The position numbers and the translations under genes were made by a program. A stretch of DNA of 64,000 nt from Octopus sinensis (Eukaryota), in assembly GCF_006345805.1 (NCBI RefSeq), contig NC_043015.1, forward strand, positions 11,036,001 through 11,100,000. Reading direction: 5' to 3'. The notes under the pieces are model-generated. The model was not told where the DNA came from, made no database searches, and worked only from the letters and a program-made list of their open reading frames with translations. Shown here piece by piece: positions 52,052-64,000 of the stretch; position 1 is the first letter of the stretch, and every line of letters begins with the position of its first letter.

Positions 52052-53232
52052 ATTAGGTTGTTTCACATGAAACGTCGTATTTGAAAGGTAACAAGAAAAT
52101 GTTTCAGAAGTGTTATAGAGAACTGATTTATTTAAACAAAGCATGACTCATATTCATTTATGACGCTTACCCAGCCTTTCTCTCTATAATATATTCCATT
52201 TAAATGATAAACTGTCCGAATCCTTCAATTACCTATTCTTTATTTAAGAATGTTTCATTGCTTATGAAAAGTTCAAAATGTTTAAATAAGTGATGATCAG
52301 TAGGAGAGATATCAATATCAGGGAAATAGAGAGGATGTTGCAAAATCTCATAATTCAGGCTTTGCAACTTTTGGACCGTAGATTGAGGAGTGTGAGAACG
52401 TGCATTGTCGTGCAGCAAAATTGGGCCATCTCTATTCACTATTCTGGGTCCCTTGTTTTCACATTTTCATGCATATAATCAATTTCCAGGCAATACGATG
52501 TTGCTGTTACTGTTTTTCCTTGTTGTAAAAATGAATAGTAAATAACTTCGTTCACAGACCACCTTACAGTGACCACTAAATTCTTAGGGTGCAATGATGG
52601 GTTTCGGTAGTGTTTAGGTGACTTTCCTGCATCAAACCACTGTCCTGTTCTACTGCTGTTGTAAAAGAGCACCCATTTCTCATCACAAGTAATGATTTGA
52701 TTAAAAATTGGTTTTTCTCCATTCGAGAAAGCAATAAGGTGGACAATTCGGAGCGTCTCGTTTTTTTTTTTAATCTCGTTCAGTTGATGTTGAACAAACC
52801 TATCCGCTTTCTTGAATATTCCAAATTTTTACAGGTATCCAAAAGCAGTTGTATCAGATGTTCGGAGTTCTCTTGAAAGTTTTCATACCTTGGTTCTCGG
52901 ATTTTCTTCAACCAAAGCATTTAATCCATCATGTTGGATAACTGATTTTGACCTGCCCCTTGGTTCATTTTCAAAGTTATCCTGAACGAGAGCTTCGGAA
53001 CCACCTCTTAACAGTTCTGATGTCAACAAAACCATTAGTAAAGGTCCGCATGATATTCAGTAGAACTCCTGTGGCAAATTTGCCCGGTTTCTACTCATAC
53101 AAGAAAATCGCTCAACGTAGTCTGGTTGATAATAACAACCAAACTATGATAACAACTTTTCACGAGGTCTGTGGTTTCGAATTTTGTTTACCATTATTGT
53201 TGGGGTGCAACATTTCATGTGATACAACCTTT
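52052..53232 (-). mobile_element. Near full-length degenerate mariner (DD34D) element, ~1.18 kb
   Basis: TIRs ttaggttgtttcacatgaaa (52053-52072) and tttcatgtgatacaacct (53213-53230). Translations: LRAIFLYE...RTVKRWF...ENEPRGR, PKNLVVTVRWS...GKTVTA, PILLHDNARSH...HPLYFPDIDISPTDHHLFKH. Confidence 0.9.
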
Positions 53233-53352
53233 GGGAAACAATTCAAATTTTGTACAATTCAAGCTGTAGTTACCCACAAATGCGGTTCTACCCCATGTTA
53301 GAATAAATTAGTTTGAAGTTTTAAGGTGTTTCCTTTATTTTGTCCAACCCCT
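53233..53352 (+). mobile_element. Tc1-family 3' end
   Basis: ETIQILY / IQAVVTHKCGSTPC* followed by ggtgtttcctttattttgtccaaccc; same family as 831-993. Confidence 0.75.
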
Positions 53353-53371
53353 CTATATATATATATATATA

Positions 53372-53423
<52 letters not shown>

Positions 53424-54089
53424 GCGTGTCTGTGCATTTTCGTTCAAATTGACGGGCCAACTTTTATGTATCAAACTTTTGTAGCAGTCGCGCAAGAAGA
53501 TCGCATCAAGCATTTTCTCCATTCAGCATACTGTATGGCAGTTAGAAAGGAGAGATATGGAAATGTTATATGATAGAATGTATCCTTTCTTTGTTAACAT
53601 CAAGAGGGATAACGCATATAACGATCTGTGGAGTAAAGTTGACGACAGTTGCTACATGAATATTGAATTTTCGTTTTATGAACGAGTATAAGCAGAATTT
53701 CTACAATAATTAATTCATAACATAAAGAGAATCGATAATAATGATGATTTTATTGCCTTTTCCGCACTGACTTATATATTTTAATAAATATACTTAACTT
53801 ATTAATTTTAGTTTGGTATAGAATATTCTCTGCACATCGATAGAATAGGAATACGTGAAATTTAAAACATATGATCACTAACTGGAATTCGTCTAATATG
53901 GGGATCACATTTTTGTTGACGATGAATATTCATTCATATTTAGGGTGAATCTAGTTTGGTCGATGCAGCCGTCCCTGATTCCTTTGCATTTACTGCCATA
54001 TATTAAATTTTTTTGAAGAACTCGTAAAATTGTTTTTCACAGTAAGACCTGTAAAGAATATTACTCCATCTTCTCTCAAATAAAGCGAA

Positions 54090-54850
54090 CAAATGAGGTT
54101 TAGTTTCCAACAAGGTCCGCCTTGCGGTCAACACATTTCTTGGACTGGTTGTGTTGTGTTTAGACCCCATTGGTGAAGAAGATTTCATCCTCTTAGAATC
54201 AAAAGTAATCAACATCAGATATGACGTTATTATTGCGATACTGGTTCCCAGCAAAGTGTTTTTTCATGTTGAGGAACAGATGAAAGACAGATGGGGCTAA
54301 ATCAGGAGCATAGAGTCGGTGATCGTCAAATCCACAGTTATGCACAGCAACCACTGACACCAAGAACATCTGTGCTGGACTATTGTCCTGATGATAGAAG
54401 ATTATTTTCGCTAGATTTCTATTTTGTTGTTGCTTGACCTTGATATGTTTTCGTAACTGTCACAGAAAGTTGGAATAATACTCCTGTTTGGTGGTGTAAC
54501 ATTTTTGAAGACAGTCAATAAACACAATGACTTTTACCGCCTGAGGCCATATCCCATCTTGCAGATGAAACGACCTTGCCCTGTTATAGCCACTGTGAGG
54601 CGGGGTGATTCCACTGCGTAGCTTGCCTCATTGCCTCTGGCTCGAAGTGATGAAGCTAACAATCCTCGTGGCCTAGGAAACCTTCAAGGAAATCAGCTGG
54701 ATCTGCCTCTAATAATCTCACATTTACTTTGATGTGGTCAGCCTGGTGCGCTTTTGATCTGATGCCTGAAAATATTTCACCCACCGACCAAAACCCTCAC
54801 CCTTCCAAGTTGTTAGTGCAGAATATTCTCACTATTTCTTCCATTTCAAG
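54090..54850 (-). mobile_element. Degenerate mariner transposase (catalytic domain and C-terminus)
   Basis: SDQKRTRLTTS..EADPADFLEGF...HHFEPE, YHQDNSPA, YAPDLAPSVFHLFLNMKKHFAGNQY, KKCVDRK. Confidence 0.85.
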
Positions 54851-57800
54851 TAAATTTGTGCCGTGTATATATGATATACCCCGCACACGAGAAACCCCTC
54901 ATGTCGTTACCTACATTCTAGGAATAGTATTTACATTGGATAGTTATTGTCTTTGATATAATGTATATGAAATATAAGGGCTGAATTATCGAGGTTCTAA
55001 ACTACTTCTGAAACATCGGTGGTAGCCTAAGCTAAACAAACCTAGCACCACCAACAACATCGACACTAATTTTGTACTCTCTCTATATATATATAGATCA
55101 GCACCAAGTCTATTAACCTACGGGATAGAATATGATATTGTTAAAATAAATTGGGTACTTTAGTGTACAGTAGAGAGCAAAATAATGTTGCGTTTATTTC
55201 TAAGATACTATTCAAAATCTTTACATACTACAAGGCCATTATTGCCTATAAAAGATAAGTACGAGTCAATAATATAGTTTCACTGGTCACTAAGTATAAA
55301 AAATTTACGTTTTAAAAGTCGATGGATTGGACAATACCGTTCTAGATATACCAAAATCTTGGAATGATCACAAATGGAATACATATTTTCATACGTATGC
55401 TCAATGAGGACCGAACTGGTATTATAAAACAGACGTTATTATAAAGAGGAAATGTGTTCATGGTCTCATGTCATAATTGTTAACAGTCAATTATAGTAAA
55501 ACCTATTTTCATATTTAGAAATTTCCAAAGCTTAACTGGAATTTAGAACTAGATTCTCATTCTCAGTGAACAGAGCAGGTTGTACATATCTTTTCTATTG
55601 TATATAAGGAATATATGTAAGTACTACTGAAGTAAACTGCCATGGTTTCTCTGTGTTTTTCTTTCAGGTTTTGTGGCTTTATGACAGATGGTTGAAGAGC
55701 CATCGTTTAGAGATTTCGGTGTAAATGGCAGAGAGTTATCTTAGGATCGGAGAGCTGTCGATAATACTTAGAAATAAGGAAATCCGCGCAAAACACCCAA
55801 ATACCAAAGTGGGGGCGCGAGATTTAGAGACAGATTAAATCTACCATTCAACACATTTTCGTTTTATCAAATTTTAGTCGCAAAACTTTGCTTTAACACA
55901 GCTTACAGTAGAAGGAATTTGCTAAAGATTCCGAACCGGAAACCAAGTAGGTACGATGCGATATCCCTAGACACTCATCCGAGTCCTCTTCCTTTCATTC
56001 TTGGTTGAGATTCTTAACACAGTTCAAGACATGAAAATTCTTCAGATGAGGGCTTTCAGTGTTCACAAGTTACGAACCAGTATATCCTGCTCCGATAAGT
56101 CTCTCATTCCACCTTATGAAAATGTTATTCATATAGAATGAAAATAATTACAACTTGCATTTTATTAATTGTAGACGTCTACTTTCATATCATATTGAAA
56201 TTGGTAAGACGTAATTTAGCGATCGACCGAGTGAGAATATTAATATTTGTATAGGAAAAAAGAAAACACTAAATACATCACAATATTATTACATTAATAC
56301 TTTTATTTAATTCTGCGACTCGCTTCTCTCTATGCCTTTTATTCTTTTCCTTTTCAGTTTGATTTATACAAAATATGCCAAGTCTTTTACATATCTGCAT
56401 AAATACAATACGTATAACATCAGAAATTATACACATTCATCAAGAACAAATAACAAAAAAGGAAGTATTTGAACAATAGTTTTAACTCATTAACTCTTCT
56501 AAATATATTGATTAGTTTTAGAGACATATATATTATGTACTTACAAGTTCTGTAATTGAGTTTAAGATTTTTTGGTCGTCCTTGTCTTTGTAGCTGTTGC
56601 TATTAAAGATATCTTTGATGCTAGTAGAGAGATACTTTTTTATATGCGTTTTCTCTTTCTTCTATAGGAAACGGTAAACATTAAGAAGAATGGGTATAAT
56701 TGTATAAAGACTGTACAAAATCGATTGTGAAAACCGCATTGCTTGTCAAGATATTTGTGAAGATATTTTACACAATTCTCAAAGTTGATAAAATTACCGC
56801 ATTTGACATAATTGTATACTTAAAGACAATTGTAAAAGCGTGTATAAAACACATACACAACATAAAATGTATTTAAGTACGCTAACAACTGCGTTAAAAT
56901 AAGAAAAAGAATACGTGTGTTAGCATTACTAGAAATATCATGTTGTTCTCAATGTTGATGTAGAGAAATTGGTTTGGTATTTCGATGAATACTTTGAGTG
57001 CTGTGAACAACTAATCAACTCGCAGCAATAATTCCAACGTTAATAGCAGGACAGACATGAACATTTACTTCATGGACATTATCAAAAACACAAATAGGAA
57101 ATAACAAGTAATTTAGTCACTTACTATAATAACTTAAACAGCACTGACAGTAGTTTTACACTGTTTTAGATTAAATGAGGACAGAAAAAAAACAAGTTCT
57201 GCAAAATTAAGGTAAATGAAAAAAAAAAAGTAAGATACATTTGAGCGAAATGCGATTGTGTTCATACATTGGATGTAAAAGTTCCTGCCTTAACAGAAAA
57301 ACAAAGAAAATGTGGTTAGAATCAATACGTATTAGCTCCGTAGTAGCGGGTATGATAAACATAGATTAAACCTCAATGTAGATTCAACAAGATAGCAGTC
57401 ATTTAAAACTCAGGACGACTTTAAATAGAATTTAGGCCACACGCATATTGCCTATGAGGGGCGACATACTTTTGACTTGGGTGAAATGTTTTCAGATTTG
57501 AAAGTTCAGACATACAACTATCCCAAGACGTTCATACATGCAACAATCTCAGACCCATGTGTTGTATTAATTATAGTTGTAATTTATCGAAGCTATTTGT
57601 CGCAGCACAACCGTGACCATGCAGATATACAATCGATGATCCAATCACGATTAGTCCTTCCTACACTTGGAGATTGTGTAGATCTAACTATAAAATATAA
57701 CTATTTTCCTAGAAGATAGAGTATAATTTGAAGAACAGTTGGGTGACGTTTTAAAGAGCGGGTTTGTGTAGATTATTTATGTTCACACGAATCTAATGCT

Positions 57801-58959
57801 TTTATAGCAACGAAATGCTTGCCAGTACAAGGATAGTAGAGACATAGAAACCCCGAAAAATACTATAGATTGCTTTGATGAGATTTCCATGAATGAAATA
57901 GTGGAAGAAGTCGACACTGAGAAATGGCTTAGGATATACGACTGTCATGATATAGACATCTCCGAAGAATACACAATGCTGCTGTTTCTGTACTTGTTGC
58001 TTGAATAACGACTTTGAACAAGATATGTCAGATGTGTTATCTGAGAAGCTGAAAGATGTGCAATTATTCTACGTTTCATAAGCAAGAGTAACGATAAAAC
58101 AACAATTGTCCAATAGCCAGGTCATTAACTTTTTATAAAGATCTGTAATTATAAAAGTTACATAAAATATTCGATTACAAAGTGCTACTCATATATGAGA
58201 GCAAAGAGTTTCAACGCAAGCATAAAACAATGTATTTTGAAGGAGAAACTTAACCGTTTCAATTTTCATAGAATTGCGTCTGCTTCAATTGACATTTGGT
58301 ATATTATTAATACTTTACTGCATTGCCTTCCACACCAAGAAAGTCGTAATCGAACCTTACCAAATATCACAAGACACCATCTTACATGTTACAGATTTTG
58401 CTATAAATCAGATTAACATCGATAGGACTTAGATAGATTTGGATAATTGTCGATAAAATATTAGAGTTTGGTCAGGAAATATACAGCCTTGATAGTCTGA
58501 CATGCGGATGTACTGCTGAAGCTGTTATAGGAGAAATAGTTGGAAGAATTTAAGTTCCAGGCATGATAATGTTGTTTATCATATTGCTTTTATAACTGCT
58601 CCAGAATGTATGCATAAAAACTATACAGACTTTCTCAGAGAGTTGCCTTTATATGAGAAGCACATGTATAATAATATTCAGATATAAAAAGAGACTAGTT
58701 ACATTTAAGCAGGGCATGACCTAAAACGTGTGCGGATAGAACATCGATTAAACTGAACTAATCTAAAATGTAAACTGCTGGTAAGGCGTGAATATATATA
58801 GGAATATCCACGGTTAGTAATAACCATGGCATCATTGGCAATGTGTTAGACTATTTGATAACACAGTATAAAAATCTAACATCTGAATTGCTCTTTTCAG
58901 AGTAAAACTTATTGAAAACAGAATGTATATGTACGGTGGGGTGTCTGCGAGTGTAGAGT

Positions 58960-62200
<3,241 letters not shown>

Positions 62201-62719
62201 GCATATTAAGGAATTGTAGGTAATATACAAACATTTCACATCGGAAGAATAAGGTGGACAATTGTCGTTGAGAAACCGTTCAATCCCAAAATATATGCAC
62301 AATAATACAAATTAATTTTGTTTATATTTATTCCATATGCACCTCAGTTACGAGTTATAACTACACTGTGTCAGGTCCTATTGAAACTACTCTATAACTT
62401 TGTATATATATATGTACATATGTAAATGTATGTATGTATATGTGTATGTGTGTGTGTTTGTGTCTGTCTGTGTATCTCTTAAGGGACGAAGAGGGATACT
62501 AAGAGAAACACGAAATGATTGAGAAAACATATGAATACTTGCTATTTCGGTTTTCACTGTGGATAATTTGCTCACATGTCAACTGCACTATAACATCCAT
62601 AAATTCCAACTTTATGACATCGTCTGGCTCTTCTGAACATCGACTTGATGGCAAGTGTGTGAATGGAAGTATCTTGATTTAAGCAATAGATCCTCTATAT
62701 TTAAAAAAGGTCTTGCAGC

Positions 62720-63620
62720 TTTTTATGCTCCAAGACATAGTAATCGTTTGTAACTTATTAATTAATGATTTGCATTCTGCCCAGCAATATTCCAACTTCG
62801 GCCATACTTAGCTCCAGACGGATGGTTATATATACTGTTTCTCCTATAATAATGGGTATGAAACTGAAACTGTATCTTGGGTACTAGAATTGCAAACTCC
62901 TTATCAATGGTCCATCTATGTCCTATTTCTCTTCTCTGTTGCTAACCGATTCATGTCCAGGGCAGCTGATCTTCACAAGAGAACATATCTTATCCTTGTC
63001 ATCCCACGCAACGATATCTGGACGTTTGTATTTTAACTTGGTGGCTCTTTTTATTTTCAAGTTAAACCAGTATCCTTTTCACTCTTTGGTCTCGATATAC
63101 GTCAGGTTGTAGGTATTCATTTTTACCTCCGTTATCTTGTTCCTTACCGCTCTAACCACTGTATTGTGATTCATGGGAGGATAAATCTGGAAGACAATCT
63201 CTTAAAGATGGTAATAGTGTGGTTGATGTCTTCAGGCTTGGTGTTGCACAGCCTACATTTGTTGTCTGTCAACGTTTTCTGCGTCGTACGTTGTAGGTTC
63301 TTGGAGAGGATCTCTTGAAATTCCATAGATATAGCCATCAAAGTGGGATCTCATAAACCTGTCGGCACTCCATGACAGGCTGTTGACATGAACAATTTCT
63401 TCTGTCGTTTTATGCTTTCCATTCCACCTGCACATGTACAATCTTCTCAGTAAAGCGGTTCTATTTTCGTTCTGTTGTTCTGATAAATAGATTTTACCAA
63501 TAATATTTTGAGAGAAACCTGTATCGTCTCCTATTTCATACTTCTCCTCAAGTTCATTAGCTTTATATTATGCATGTATGTGCCCTACAAACTGGAAGGT
63601 TGTTATTGATGTTGACTTCC
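62720..63620 (-). mobile_element. Degenerate RLE-type non-LTR retrotransposon C-terminus (same family as 35870-37420)
   Basis: SLSWSADRFMRSHFDGYIY, KCRLCNTKPEDINH (CCHC knuckle), WFNLK...KYKRPDIVAWDDKDKICSLVKISCP, YPRYSFSFIPIIIG. Confidence 0.85.
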
Positions 63621-64000
63621 AACGTGACATGTTTCACCTGAGGGTCGAACAAATCCATAAACAATCAACGAGAAAAGAGCATTATGAATCTTCTGAAATT
63701 CACTGTCTTTTATTCTTGCTCCTGCGTCTCATAATGGCTACTTGACCCGTTTCTTGTAATGCGTTGTAATAAGAGATTCGTCTGGAGTATATATGCATAT
63801 AAGTATGTATATATGTATGCGTGTATGAGCACGCCCACATCCACGCACACACGTTCATACACACTGTAAACATGAATATATATATGTATGTGTATATCTG
63901 TGTGTGTCTGTATGTATGTGTCTCTGTGTGTATGTGTGTGTCTATCGCTGTGTCTGTGTCTCTGTGTGTATGTGTGTTGTTTTTGTATACATGCATGGAT

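Overview
AT-rich, repeat-saturated animal genomic DNA. It is most likely intronic or intergenic sequence from an octopus or other coleoid cephalopod, inferred from the tRNA-derived SINE families and the very dense (TA)n/(CA)n/(GATA)n microsatellites. I cannot support any intact host protein-coding gene, and most ORFs in the supplied track are translations of microsatellites. Recognisable content: a degenerate Penelope-like element (RT + GIY-YIG, ~44.0-46.0 kb, +); three degenerate RLE-type non-LTR retrotransposons (all on -); a near full-length mariner and several mariner/Tc1/pogo fragments; palindromic MITE-like elements; and many SINEs, some nested with visible target-site duplications. The most striking signal is a set of hammerhead-ribozyme (HHR) motifs. 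One is a canonical minimal type I HHR at 31926-31996. Another is a variant-core HHR inside a very young 363-bp unit arranged as an inverted copy plus ~1.5 direct copies (42980-43875), just upstream of the Penelope-like ORF. That unit looks like a retrozyme or Penelope pseudo-LTR able to yield a structured ~363-nt, possibly circular, RNA. A few unique CpG-richer islands and splice-signal clusters (20.85-21.17, 48.7-49.9 and 55.6-56.7 kb) may mark host promoters, UTR exons or microexons, but these are speculative. All alignments and translations were done by eye, so coordinates of degenerate elements are approximate.
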